A stretch of DNA of 63,416 bases, counting the filler, from Nemertoderma westbladi (lineage: Eukaryota > Animalia > Xenacoelomorpha): assembly GCA_032718475.1 (NCBI GenBank). It is 3 parts of 3 records of this genome, joined end to end, with 100 filler letters (N's around TTAATTAATTAA, not from the genome) between each part and the next. Parts side by side here need not be neighbours in the genome. Positions count along the whole stretch, not along the records: positions 1 to 30,772 come from JAUCBJ010004932.1; positions 30,873 to 50,979 come from JAUCBJ010003805.1; 1 more part is not named here. The stretch is one strand, 5' to 3'. Below, piece by piece: positions 24,217-37,300 of this stretch (the first letter of the stretch is position 1; every line of letters begins with the position of its first letter). The position numbers were made by a program, and so were the translations under genes. The notes beneath the pieces were generated by a model. The model saw only the letters and a program-made list of their open reading frames with translations, searched no databases and was not told where the DNA came from.

Positions 24217-24902
24217 TACTAGACTAGACTTTGAATGATACCGACTGAACTCTGAAACTGCAAGCTTGACGATGAGTATGGTGTGGCATCCAAGGCGATA
24301 AATGCTCCGTTAGATGGAAACCACATGGAGTCTAGACAAAAAAAGGCGTTATGACTTCGTCTTCCATTCCGGGTTTATTTGGACTCGGCGACTTTGTTCT
24401 CGGGTTTACTTTTACTCCATAACTACCTGCCTAACTATACCATAAGCTACCTGCCATGTTTAGTTTAGTTTTTTTTTTGTATTTTAGTTTTTTTTTTTTT
24501 TTAAACTCCAAAAAGTCCGGAATTACCCCATAGGTTATTGGTCGAGGGGTAATTCCAATTTCCATTGAAAATAATACCTGTCCGGAATTCCCCCAAGGTG
24601 GGGTAATTCCAGACACCTTGACCATAAAAAAAATTGAGCCGGCACAGGGCCGGCTCTAATTTCCAGATACAATGATCCATGTAATGATATAGCCAGATAG
24701 CCTAATGTATATGATGTACAATAATTTTGCATCTTACTTCAAAATTTAAGTTGGTGAGGTGTGAAAAATTAAAATTTTGTCCGGAATTACCCCAGTATAC
24801 CCTATGTTAAACCGAGAATTTTTCGCCGTCACATCGTATTCATCGTGAAGCCTTCAGTTAGTCGGAATCGTTCATATAAGTAGGCCCTAGTCTAGTCTAG
24901 TA
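24217..24902. mobile_element. Degenerate MITE with a pogo-like end fragment inside
   Basis: actagactagact..gaatgataccgact vs agtcggaatcgttc..agtctagtctagt inverted; internal ggaattacccc repeats ending in taccc-ta near 24802. Confidence 0.5.
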
Positions 24903-25030
24903 CAGTAGTACCGGTACAACGCAGGGCATTCTACTGAAGTACCGGTACTAGCTAAATTGTTATCAATTCTGAAATTTAAAACTCCTTAAAGTTTAAAACT
25001 CATATGGAAATGGTACGGCAACGGCAACGG

Positions 25031-25876
25031 CGGTCCTACGAATTACCCAAAAATACACAAAAAAAATACAAAAAAAACACAAAAATTTACCCAAAAAAAC
25101 ACAATATTACCCAAAAAGACAAAAATATTACCCATAATTGTTCTACCCAAAAAGACAAAAATAATTTATATCCTATAAAAAGGTATAAACTGATAAGTTA
25201 GGCCTATACTGTTAGGCCTAGGACTATAGGCGTAGGGTTCCTTCCTATGTGTTTCGGTAGTGCGATTTAGTATTTTGGTTAGGTTAGATATTGTGTATTG
25301 AATAGGCCATACTGCCATACATAGCAATACATCAATACGATTTCCAAATCAACCAAGTCAGTAAGCACTGGCTGACCGGTACCGTACCGTAGGCTTGTAG
25401 GTCAGTATGTAGCCTAGGCCAACTGCCAACCATCAGGCATCAGCCGGTTGGAAAAATAAGACTGTAACCTGTGTTCTTTGGTTATTGTTTTGGTTAGAAA
25501 AGCCTGTTACTGTCAGACTGTAACCTGCTCATCCTTTCCATTAATTAAGAAATCTGATTTTGCATGCTGTCTGGCAGTCTGGGTGGGTAGGCTTACCGGT
25601 AAACCGGTGGCAGTAGGTCATTAAAGGAATCTTCAAATGAACAAAATGCAATATTTTGAAAATAGTGAAAACTGAAAAGTGAAACTCTTCTTACAATTAA
25701 CCTAAATCTTATAGTAGATACATTGTTTATGAAAAACATTTTTTTTGTCTTTCTGGGTAGTTTTTTTGGGTAATATTGTGTTTTTTTGTGTAATTTGTTG
25801 TATTTTTTTGTGTATTTTTGTGTTTTTTTTGGGTAATATTGTGTTTTTTTAGGTAATTCTGTAATTCGTAGGACCC
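25031..25876. mobile_element. Non-autonomous MULE-like element with long A/T-rich TIRs
   Basis: ggtcctacgaattac...gtaattcgtaggacc; 9-bp flanking repeat cggcaacgg (25022-25030 and 25877-25885), although it lies within a (ggcaac)n run. Confidence 0.7.
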
Positions 25877-26098
25877 CGGCAACGGCAACCAACGGTAGTT
25901 AATTATGACGTTTACTTTTGAATTTTTGCTGAAAAAATATAGCAAACCATAGTTTTCTGCCTCATTTTTGATAAATCCAGGTGTTTCTAGATGTATCCGG
26001 CCTTTATAAAACTAGGTGTTTATTCTAGCTGTAGGCCTATGTGTTTCCAGGTGTTTCCAGTCATTTTCCAGGCTGCCAGGGTTTTCAGCTTTTTAGTA

Positions 26099-28794
26099 GG
26101 GTAAACCAGGGTTGTATGGCCATGTGGGTTGTATGGCCACCCTTGACATAAAGTGCTATAACTTTACTTTATTTTAATGTCTGTCAGTTTTTATTACTTC
26201 GAAATGAAGCTGAATAATTTTCCAATAAAATGACATATAAACCATATCTTCAACTGATTCCATTATTTTACAGTGACATGGCAAAGTTTCCGTTCATGAA
26301 AAAGTGTAACTTTTAGGTTTTGTGAATTTAGAGTAACACACACTAACAGGTGCCTTCTGGAACAAGTTAATGCTTGACCATATTGTAATGATGTTGAATA
26401 GTACTGTAGTGTGTTTATTAAATTATAATTCATAAATAATTTAATTTATTCGATTTCGTTAACTTTTAGATGAGTTATTTACCCTCAAAAAATCATGGCC
26501 ATAGCCATACCACCCCGCCAAATTTAGGGTGGCACTTAGGCATTTAGGGTCACCTCGCCGCACTGCCAGACTGCCACTTCGCCGCAGGTCACCTCGCCGC
26601 AGATAATGTGAATGTAATGTAATAACGCAAAATTGTGTCTCACTGTGATGCCATTTCGCCGCAAATTATCGGACACCTCGCCACAAGTCAATATTAATCA
26701 TTCATTTATATATTTACACAGGGAAGCCTAGTTATGCTGTTATGGCAGTATGCAGGTATGGCATTGGACATTATGTATTATAAGAAGAAATAAAATAATA
26801 CGGTCAGACGGTAAGGTTTGTTGTTCTATTATAATTACTGTATTATTATAGATACAGTAAGAGTACCGGTATTTGAGTAACGTATTAAAAATGCCTCGAG
26901 AATAGTGAAAAAAGTTCTACTTTATTCCCATGTAATAAATAATTATTTGTTGGAATTTCTTAAATTTGTCCTGGCGATTTGGTAGTGCGATATTAATTCC
27001 ACACAATTAAATAAAATAGGTAATGTAAGAAATTAAAAAAATTATAATATTTAATGCAATATTATTGATTATTATTAATGTCTTGGAAATTAATTTGAAA
27101 TGTAATTCGACCATAATTTTGTTCTTAACAAAAAAAGCGACTGACAACAAATATAAGTATATCAATCCACTAAGAACATTACATTTGTAATTAAGATTTA
27201 ACATAAACATACAGTATTACTGTATTAACCTTATTACATTATGTTGCCTTACTTCCGTTTCCGTACTTAGTACATTGTACATGTGCGTAAATAGTTATTG
27301 TTACAGTACAATATGTCAACTTAACAGTGTTCTGGTGAATTACTCGTAATGCTGTAAAGTACCGTAATCAATGACATGGAAACAACTTCAATGACCGTAT
27401 TCTGATCTGACCTCTATGAAAGAATACTCATTATATGTCATTCATAGTCCTCTATGAATCTTTATGACCATATTTTACTATAATCTAATACGTTACTCAA
27501 ATACTCTTACTATATCTATGATAACATGTAATATAATACAGTAATTATAATAGAACAACAAACCTTACCGTATTATTTTATTTCTTCTTATAATAATGTC
27601 CAATGCCATAAGTAGGCTTTCGTGTAAATATAGAAATAAATGATTTATATTGACTTGCGGCGAGGTGTCCGATAATTTGCGGCGACATGACCTTTATAGT
27701 GAGACACCTCGCCGCAAGACACCTCGCCGCACATTATCTGCGGTGAGATTACTTGCGGCGAAGTGGCAGTGCGGCGAGGTGACCAGCACCCATAAATAAT
27801 TTAATTTATTCGATTTCGTTAACTTTTAGATGAGTTATTTACCCTCAAAAAATCATGGCCATACCACCCCGCCAAATTTAGACGTTGTGGTGGTATGGTA
27901 TGGCCACGTAATAACAACTGATAGGGACAGCCCATTCCCATTAATACTGGTAAAGGCTACTTTACTTTGTCAGTTTATTTAACTCCAGATATTTGAAACC
28001 CATATATAAATTCTATATTATTTTGTGATACAATATACCGTAGGTGTATTATTCCACCTTCTCTAATTGTTAGTTATTCCACATTTTATAATTGTCAGAT
28101 TCTACATTGATCAGTTGATATCATAATTTTTTTTCATGCTCTACATGTAGGTCTGTAGGTTGATACAGTGGTTTTATATCAAAAAATGGCTATTTGTAGT
28201 ACCGGTAATCTCAATCTGGTAAATACTAATTTACTACCTAGGCCTACAAAATACTTTCTAAATACATAAATAATGAAAATAACAGATAATACTAGTTAAA
28301 TCTTGTAGAATCGGGTGTTTTCTGTTTTCTGTCACTTTTAAAAAAGGTCAAACAGTCAAACCGGGTGATTTTCAAACCTGTGATGAAAACTTTTGAAATT
28401 TCTGGTGGGCTATTTTATAACAACTTGTAGTTCAGTTTATTGTCTGATATTTGAAAAAAAAATGGCGTTTCTAGGACAGAATTTCATTGTGATTTTTTTA
28501 AAAGTCATTCCAATGGCCTTACAACCCCATGAAAGGGGTGCTAGGGCATTTGAAATTTATACAATATTGGTGGCCATACCACCCCGCCCTGGGGTGGTAT
28601 GGGCACCCCAGTTTCTTTTAAAAAGAAATCCCCTCTGGGGACCTGAAATATAAATTTACCATGGGTTTCAAAAGTTTAATATATAGCTGAGATGTGTAGG
28701 TTTCTTCCTATGGGTGGCCATGAAGGTTTCATGTAACTGTGCTCCCATGGGATTAAAAAAATTGAAAAAATGGCCATACAACCCCAGCCTACCC
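26099..28794. mobile_element. Non-autonomous TA-flanked TIR element (pogo/Tc1-like)
   Basis: ta|gggtaaaccagggttgtatggcca ... tggccatacaaccccagcctaccc|ta; internal tggccatac motifs. Confidence 0.7.
26527..27791. mobile_element. Foldback TIR element with cgccgca repeats, nested in 26099-28794
   Basis: ggtcacctcgccgcactgcca... and ...tggcagtgcggcgaggtgacc; inverted similarity extends ~350 bp. Confidence 0.8.
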
Positions 28795-28884
28795 TACATA
28801 CAGACATACCAAGGACTGCAGCCATATACAGATATACCGATATATGCAACAGTCTGAAGGTGCTTACCCATAATACAGTAATAC

Positions 28885-29398
28885 TGTATGTGAGTGAATG
28901 TTAGTGTATTCAATTCCGCTAGCCAGCCCCACAAATAGGCTTTAAGCAATATTGGGAACACGAGGTTGATTGCCAATATCAACCTCGTATCACCCCAATA
29001 AACGGGGACAACAGGCCCCAGGGGAACACACACACAGCGGGGGTCAGAGGTTATACCTCCGGGAGGGAGAGAGTGACAGTAACGAGGGGGAAGAGAGTAG
29101 AGGGTGAGAAGTGAGTTATTAGCCAATGGGGGGAAAGCATCGACTGAGTAGTGCAATGCGGCCAACAGTGCAATATATATTATCATTCGTTGTGCCAATT
29201 CATTCACTTGTAGTAAGTCAGTTAGTTAGGACAGTACCGGAACTCTAATTACCGTCTCCATCTGCTGTCAGCAATATATTATCATTTACCGGTACACCAC
29301 ATCAAACATCAACTATTCGTGCTATTATCATTTATTATATTATATCATTGAGCCTATATACACCGATTAATCAATAACTCAGAACTCTTTCACATACA
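28885..29398 (+). mobile_element. 5' LTR (~514 bp) of a retrotransposon
   Basis: 9-bp terminal inverted repeat tgtatgtga...tcacataca, followed by a PBS-like ca-cggcggggacgcg and a gag-like ORF. Confidence 0.65.
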
Positions 29399-29652
29399 CA
29401 CGGCGGGGACGCGTAGATTAAAAACCGGATAAACAGTAATTAGTCACAGTAATTAGAACTGAGCTGCTGTCCTAAGTAATTATAACCAACCAGCTGCCCT
29501 AAGTTATAGAATCCAACAGCCCGAGCTGACTGCTAAAGATGAGTCGAGAAGGAGAAACGACACCGCCGTGGACCCCGGACGATGACAAAGACCTAACGAT
29601 CCGCGAGGCCGCGACGCGACGGTACCGACCCACGACGCCGGACCCATAGACA

Positions 29653-30772
29653 ATGGGTGATCCGGTAATCCAAGACGAGGGGGGCCGTCTACAACTAGAG
29701 GACGAGTCGGGAGGAGAGAGAGACGAGTCGACACACGACGGCGGTCGACGTGCTGATGTTGCCGGCCAGCCACAGGCCGAGGGCGACGGTGTGAGGCGTC
29801 GGGTGAGGCCGCCGGTACGACGCCGGACCCGGAGAGATAGAGGAGATGTCGGCGACGAGGACGTCGGGGTCAGCGATCGACTTCGACGGGCCTACAACGC
29901 GACCCGGAAACAACTGAAAGAAGCCAAAGGAGGGGCCAAGATAGACCAGGTGAAGTTGAAAAGGCGACTAGGTGAGTCGAATGAACACTTTAATTACTTG
30001 ATGCGTTTTGGGCAGAGAGAACTAGCCGATGAGAGAGCGAGAGGGGTTGCCAGGGAACTGTTTGAACTATGGGAATGCAGGGGTATGGAGCCTGGTGTAG
30101 TGTACATAGGGCCATACTTAGTCGATGCCCAGGGAGTAAAATTAGTGGGTTGGAGGAGACCGCAGGAGGGCGAATCCGAGTTTGACCCGGAGGATTCAGT
30201 CTCGTCGGTCGGAGGAAGTTCCGGGAGGTGGGGAAAAGTTAGTAGGACGGGAAGGCGGAGGGAGTCCGTCACAACCGATAAGTCTGCTACATCCTCCGCA
30301 AAGGAAAGAAGGAAGACGGCAATAAATCTGGCATGCCAACTCGATCTGGCGGTGCTAGATCGGAGAGAATTAGAGAGATAGTTAGAGGAAGAGAGTGCGT
30401 TAATAGAAGTTTTCAGGAATGTGAGAAAATAGGGAGGATGGAAAGAAAGGAGCGAGAAGAGCGTGAGGAGGCGAGAGAGCAGAGTGAACGTAAAGAGCGT
30501 GAGGAGGAACGTAAAGAGCATGAGGCGGAACGTAAAGAGCGTGAGGTGGCGAGGGAAGCGAGACGAATGGAGAGAGTTGCGAGAGAGGCGGAATTAGCCG
30601 ATCAGAGTGCGCGGGAGGGTCGGGAAAGAGAGGCAACGGGGAAGCGTGTGCGGGATAATATGCACGCCCGGTTGAAGGAGCTTATGCACTATCAAACCAA
30701 ACAGAAGCGCCGACTAGAACTGGCGCAGATGGGATTGTCAGAGAGCGAGACTGGCTCGAGTATTTACGAGGA
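29653..30772 (+). mobile_element. gag N-terminus, probably BEL/Pao (stop and frameshift near 30380-30430), cut by the gap
   Basis: DPEDSVSSV motif, Ser-rich tract, then an E/R-rich coiled coil, as typical of BEL/Pao gag N-termini; lies directly after the LTR. Confidence 0.55.
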
Positions 30773-30872
30773 NNNNNNNNNNNNNNNNNNNNNNNNNNNN
30801 NNNNNNNNNNNNNNNNTTAATTAATTAANNNNNNNNNNNNNNNNNNNNNNNNNNNNNNNNNNNNNNNNNNNN
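30773..30872. other. Assembly gap with artificial TTAATTAATTAA six-frame-stop linker
   Basis: N-run/ttaattaattaa/N-run, same structure as 50980-51079. Confidence 0.95.
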
Positions 30873-31918
30873 CAGTAAGCGAGGGCAAGTAGCAGAGGTC
30901 CACAGTTTTACTTTTTCCCATAATCAGCTATTATTAGCGTCGATTTTTCAGGTACTGTAAGAGAGATGAATTTTGATTGTGTCAAGATTTCCCTTTTCCA
31001 CTCATATTCCGAATTTTTGGATATAATAAATTTAAATAATATTTCCCTTTCATAGTAAAATAAAGCTTTGTAAGGCAAGTATACAACTTCTTCATTAAGA
31101 AACTAACTTATACTAACTAAATTTCTACTTTTGAGCACAAGTATAAAATAACTTACTTACATCATATAAATGTTACAAAGTCGACACAGTATATGCAACA
31201 TGATTACCAAATGCCCAGAGGAATTAGGTACCGCAACAAAGTCTAGTACAAACTATCACCAATTTATCTTAAATTCAACGCAATCCCTTATAATAAATAG
31301 TAGAATATACTATGGGGAATATTTATAAATCAGTCTAATAGTGACGGAAAGCTTTAATTAACTTATTTCCTACAAGTCCATATCTAAGTAATAAATGAAT
31401 AAATTATTTGTTAACAGAAATGTATGATATCTTCTAAAACGGTTTCAGCAATACAATGTATCTATTTTTCTAGAAGTTATTCCGTAAAAATTTTGAATTT
31501 GTCTGTTGCAGGAATTAGACTGATTTATAAATACGAAACACGGATATAATAATTATGTACAGAGAAAAATATTAAGTACAATAAATAACGAGTTATTGAC
31601 CATATAGTCTATGAAGTTTACCTGAATCAAGTCGTTTAATAATAATTCACAGGATATATGAAAAGTTTTGTGATATTGTTTCAATTCTATGAGCTAATGA
31701 AGAAAAGTACTCAATCTTCTAGCAACATCACAAAAATGGATGGATAAGCTTCTTAATGACTTTGAGATAAAGGATATTTACATAGTGGCAGGTTTTATTA
31801 TAAAAAATCTCAGACTGAACTAAATGCACTAGACGAGAGTCATAGAAATATGCAGCACATTTTTTCAACGTTTTGCCGGCTCTTAATGGGTTGACGCCAC
31901 GTGTCAGTAAATTATTTG

Positions 31919-32181
31919 CTATTTGTGTAAAACGTTTGCGTTGCACTCGTCTTTCCATTTATCCACGGACCTTCGCCTCGCATTCATAAAGAAGTTACTG
32001 ACGGTTGTCAGTTGGAGTCCCAGTTGCGAGGCGATTTGCAGCTGCATCTCTTTGCTCGGGCGTTGTGTTTCCTTGAATATCGCGTGCAAAGTCCGTCTCT
32101 GGAGATCTGTAAACACCAGGCGTTGCTTGCGTGGTCCCAAGCATTTCGGTCTGGTCTGCTCTTCTTCTTTTTTCTTGCAAG
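31919..32181 (-). CDS. onecut: Onecut exon 3 (homeodomain and stop)
   Basis: Acceptor tttcgcag; CKKKEEE..RKQRLVFTDLQRRTLHAIFKETQRPSKEMQLQIASQLGLQLTTVSNFFMNARRR with the Onecut-diagnostic F48/M50. Confidence 0.96.
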
Positions 32182-32627
32182 CTGCGAAAATAAATAATAG
32201 AAATTTAGATTCAAGTTAAATTTTATACCAGCAGTGATTTAAATAATACAGAGTACAACATATAGTAGATATGCGTTTCTCGATAGATTTTAATTTTTTA
32301 GTTCAATTCAAGACGTTGATGTTGATGTCTTCGAAGATTCTGTATTATATTTTTGAAGGAATGTTGTCTCTTATCCAATAGCGCTAACATACCAGGTCGG
32401 TAACGGCAGTGCATAACTGTATTATTATTAAAAATTGGAACATCTTATGGTACTGTACCTTAATAAAACCGCGATTTCGCAAATCATGAAGTGAATTTTC
32501 TCGATATTTTAATAAACATACATAAAAAATGTTCGAAAAAACTAACGGAAGTAATTTCTAATAAAATTTATACTACTAAAAAAATTATTATTAAAATATG
32601 ATAAATATATATTATCTGATGACTTAC

Positions 32628-32831
32628 ATACTGTTCCCGCTAGACGCAAAGAGGACATTCTCTGGAACTCCGGCTCCTGCAGCCATTTCCACATACGTCT
32701 GAATGTTTCTCGACCGCTCTTTAGTTTAGACCACGGCTTGGGGTTCCGCAGGAGGTCGCTAAGGGTCCCCTGTGATCGACACAACACTTTCTCTGCGAAT
32801 ACAGCTTGGGGAATACTGTATCGCTTCAATT
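32628..32831 (-). CDS. onecut: Onecut exon 2 (CUT domain)
   Basis: Acceptor tttcag, donor gtaagt, phase 1-1; ELKRYSIPQAVFAEKVLCRSQGTLSDLLRNPKPWSKLKSGRETFRRMWKWLQEPEFQRMSSLRLA. Confidence 0.96.
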
Positions 32832-33367
32832 CTGAAATAATTTAATATAAATTTAAATATTTATTCTCAATCTAAAAGCAAGCTTTTTATATTTTTAAAA
32901 GAATTTAAATATTTAATTAACAATGCTCAAATTAATATATATTGGTATGTTGGTTTTATTTATAATTTAATCAAATCATCTAGATTTATTATTATAGATG
33001 ATATTATTGTTATTTATTTAATATAAAGATTCCTATTTGAACGAATCTTTACTTATTTATTAAATATATATTGTAGCAATTACTAATTAGATCTACTTAA
33101 TTAATTTTTAATCTGTAAGACAATTTACTAAACCATTAAGTATTAACATTCACAAACCGCTTGACTATTCCTCTGAGAGCAGTCAATTGCACATTGTATA
33201 TTTATTGTAACATTGATATATCCTGCAAAATACTATATTTGATCTGTAACATAATATATTAATTTCAACAGCAACATAGTACCTTTAATGTAAATATTAT
33301 ATTTATTCCTATAGTAACAAAATATTTCGTATATACATTATACTTCCATAGTGACATATATATTTAC

Positions 33368-34082
33368 CTGTCATAACTTGTTGTGCCACGTCTCTGGTTT
33401 TCACCTCATCAATCTCTTTGTAGGAGATTTCTGCGGTCGCGTGTAGAGGTCTATTACTGTCGGCTCGCACTTGTCCGTGAAACCCGTTGAACCCCATCAT
33501 GTGCCCCGCGGACTGAGGCAGTCGGGCCATGGCTGCTGCTTGCGCGGTCTCGAAAGCGCTGGCACCGTGGTGAGACTGCATAGTGGGGGCTGCGAATGAG
33601 GCCGGGCCCCTCTGGTGATGAGCCGCCGCGGCCGCCATCATGCTGGTGGAGTAGTGGTGGTGGCTGACTGCCGGGGATTGTTGGTGGTGGTGGTGCGCGT
33701 GGGACATCATGTCGTACGGGTGCGGCGGTTGTAACAACTTCTCTGTTACTGTGGAGATGGGAGGTAACGGTTGTAATGGTGTCAATGTTGTGTAGTTGTT
33801 GGTTGGCACCCCGCTGTGATGGTGCTGGATTCCGTAGGCCGCCGCCGAACTGTGGTTGTAGTATGGGTCCATTCTGTAGTCTGTCTGGTCGAAGAAGCTG
33901 CTGGCCAGGTTGGGAGCTTTAGTAAAGTCTGGGGGACCCCCGAATTCGTACTTCATAGTGTCCCGGCTGGCGGCGTGGTGCAGCGGGTCCGGGTTGAAGT
34001 GAAGATGCCCCGAATATAAGTCTCCGAAACCCTCCATGGCGTACATGTTGCAGTTGTAATAATCCTCTTTCTTTGCAAACAT
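33368..34082 (-). CDS. onecut: Onecut exon 1 (TP box, His/Ala tracts, CUT domain start)
   Basis: YTTLTPLQPLPPISTV conserved box; EVKTRDVAQQVMT then donor ACAG|gtaaat in phase 1; the three exons total 1182 nt (393 aa); start codon less certain. Confidence 0.9.
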
Positions 34083-34213
34083 TGCCCAGTAAACACAAGA
34101 TTGTAATTAATTTTATTTGTGCGCTTTTTCTTTTCAAACAAACATGTTTTAAAGTTAGAAGAGTTAATAATTTGCGTAGAATTAAATGAACTATTATTTC
34201 GGAACCTGCGATC

Positions 34214-34316
34214 TTTATACAAGAATAGCTTGTAAGCGTGCAGTTTCAACGCAGTCGTTTGGAATTTGACCAATAGCAAAGTAGTTTTGCTCATCAGTTA
34301 GGCACAAGGCTATTGG
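34214..34316 (-). promoter_or_regulatory. Candidate Onecut core promoter (TATAAA 34214-34219; CCAAT 34270-34274 and 34312-34316)
   Basis: Motifs lie 130-230 bp upstream of the ATG in a plausible order; short motifs only. Confidence 0.35.
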
Positions 34317-37300
34317 TTGGAGGTTAGCTTGTACGCTGCCTATGAAGAGAAGCGTGTGCGGTGATCACGTTACTGTTAATGTGGTGGTGGGGTTCGCGTT
34401 GGAGTAAGATTAATTATGCGAGAATTATTCTGAGATTATTCAGAGATGTAACTCGTTTTGAGTGACTCTGCGAATAATTCTCTAAATTACATTGAAATGT
34501 TCATCACTAAATTATTTGTTGGAAAATGGAATATTGAATCTGAAAAACAATAGGGAATATCCACCCAGATTTATTGTTTATTTCATGTCACTAAGAAAGT
34601 TACATGGATCGAGTTTTCGATAGAGATGTGTTTTAATGGAATTAGCTTCACTCACTAACTTACATTCCACCCATTATGTACTGTATTACATGTGCCTATA
34701 TTGTGCCATGTTGTTATTTAGCTATCACGTTTCTCTATAATACCTATTTACTATTACTATCTACACTCCGTACTATCTAAAAGCATTCTAAGGCTAAATA
34801 GCAAACAAATTTCACGCATTCTTAATCTGATGCTTTAAAACGGTTTAAATGTAACATTATGTGAGGAGAGGGTCTCGTATTAGATAGAGATTACAACGTA
34901 TTATATGCCGCAAATCTTACGAATTGTTTCCATCAGAGACGACATTTAATATGTGTACGCCTCCCTATTACCTCTAACCTGCAAATATTTATGTTATAAA
35001 GACATGCTAGAAACCAAAACAATAAACGGGAGATAGTAATAATTGTAGATAATCGACACAGTAATTATATGTATATAAGTAACGGCTTGATTCATACTAT
35101 ATATTTATTTAATGGTTTTGTGATATAGTACTATATTCTTCACTCGATATGGTACTGACACATGACACACTGCTTTATTGATAATTTTCATGGATTTCGT
35201 CATGAGTGGTGCGAGGGGTGTCCACGTTAGAGATCAAAATGCACGTTGAAGTTTTCGATCCATAAAGATTTGTGAATATATTAACTGACTCAATATTTAA
35301 TACTATCCGATACCCATATGATCAATTATTCTCTATTGACATTTATATATATTTAGTATAGTATTCTTACTATAGTGTGTATATTGATGCAATAAACATT
35401 GGTACATATAGAGAAGCAATGTTACTGCATATAACATATCGATCACCAGCAAACACTCAACAGATCTGCCGTACTGTTTTAGATAGATATGTACTGATGA
35501 TGTAACAGAAGTGTCTTGCTGTGCGTGCAATGTGCTTGGGTCACAAGGAGGAAGATATACCCACTAATAAAATTAATGAATAAATCAGTTATGATTCACT
35601 AGGGTAGAGCGTGGGCACCGTTGAAGAAATCAGGATTATCTTTCGCAACTCGGTTGCTTTATTTGTACCAACAAGCATATAACACGGTATGATGTAACAT
35701 TGTTTAGTGCAATGTTATATTAATTAGCACTCTAAATTATATTACAATGTAGAACGTAATAATGTAATAATACAAATTGTTGGATAAGTTAGTTATTGAA
35801 AACAAAAGGAAATACCAACGGATGCTAAGTTTAACTAACTAAGAACTAATTCTAATTTGTTTAGGCTCTAGGAAAAGTACAATATAGAATAGTCTATGGA
35901 ATAGTGCAATATATAGAAACATTACTGTAAAAATGTATCTTATCCTCTCGTTCAAAGCTAGTATTATTAACTGCAGCTACGTCGTTTCTAAAGTATCCAC
36001 TAGATTGACCTTCGAGTTTTTATCCTTCGAAAATTTGCCGACAGATAGTCAGACCGAAAGACAGACCGTCGGAGGTCGGGCCGACAGACAACTGTTAAAA
36101 CAGCGGTACCGGTATGCAAGCTCGTTCCACAATGAATCCATACTAGGACGTTCTAGTGATCATGTAACTATAAAATAATGCAGATCTGCGATAACTTTAC
36201 TTAAATAGCATGATTATGTTTTCAGCTTTAACTCCTTGTCGATAAGTAAATGAAAGAATGCTGGATATTTTTCTAGGGCGACGATAAAAGCCTAAATCGA
36301 GGAAACTTACCGTTTAGCTAAATGGTTTACAGGCGGATTAAACAATAACTCATTGAGGCACATTTTTGGTAAGTAACATTTTGACCTTGGCTTGTGTTCC
36401 TATTGTGGAGTTCGCGAAAAGTTTCGAGTGCACACACTTGTAGGCGTATAGTTAATGCAGTACGGGTAGAAGAAGTGAGTTAGCTGCGGCTAAACAACAA
36501 ATCACCAGTCAAATGGGCAGCGGGGTTTCAAACCTTCAAAATAGCTATTGTGCACTAGTGCCATTAAATCTGCGTCATATAGCTACATATATATGACTGC
36601 ATATAATAATATCACGAAGACACTATGGTTTCCTGACTTGTCGCCATGTTGTGAAGTGCGTTGAATCATTTTAGACCGTAATTTGATTAGATTTTTGTAT
36701 ATCTCATATGTAAGAATAAGTGTTTCGTTAATCGGTACAGTTTAATCACCCGGTTCCAATGTGTTTATTGTAACGACCAGACATCTACCAAGATACGTTT
36801 TGTACACAGATTATGTATGTGAATGTGGCAATAATATTTATGGAATGGTTTATGCTCACCTTCTTTAATTACAGTTGCATTAACAGCTCAACTCTAATTT
36901 ATTTATGGTCACCAATAATGCAGGATACACCTATACTGCAATCCAGGTCATATTTTATTTTCATAATATAATAGAATACATGACATGGATAACAGTCAAA
37001 ATCCGATCATAAGAAAATTTATAGACGTTCTCAAACACTTCTAAAATATATAATCCAATAAGAGGCCAACACAACTAACAAACAACACATTTCAATACAA
37101 CAATACGCAAAACGTAATACAACGTAACACAAACAAAATTTACAAATTCATTCACAAAAGATATACAGTTAAGATGAAGCATTCAAACAGTAAACCTACA
37201 AACGCAACTTCGCCCTTAACTCATCATTATTAAACGAATTTTCGTTCAATAAACTCTAAAGGATGACCATACTTGATCGTCTTCAGGTGAATGGATTGAT

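Noticed and set aside
30818-30829. TTAATTAATTAA island as a biological motif
   Set aside because: Identical linker in both N-gaps; scaffolding artefact
33309-33367. C-terminal tail of the 257-aa ORF (and 32542-32627 of the 95-aa ORF)
   Set aside because: Read-through into introns past GT donors
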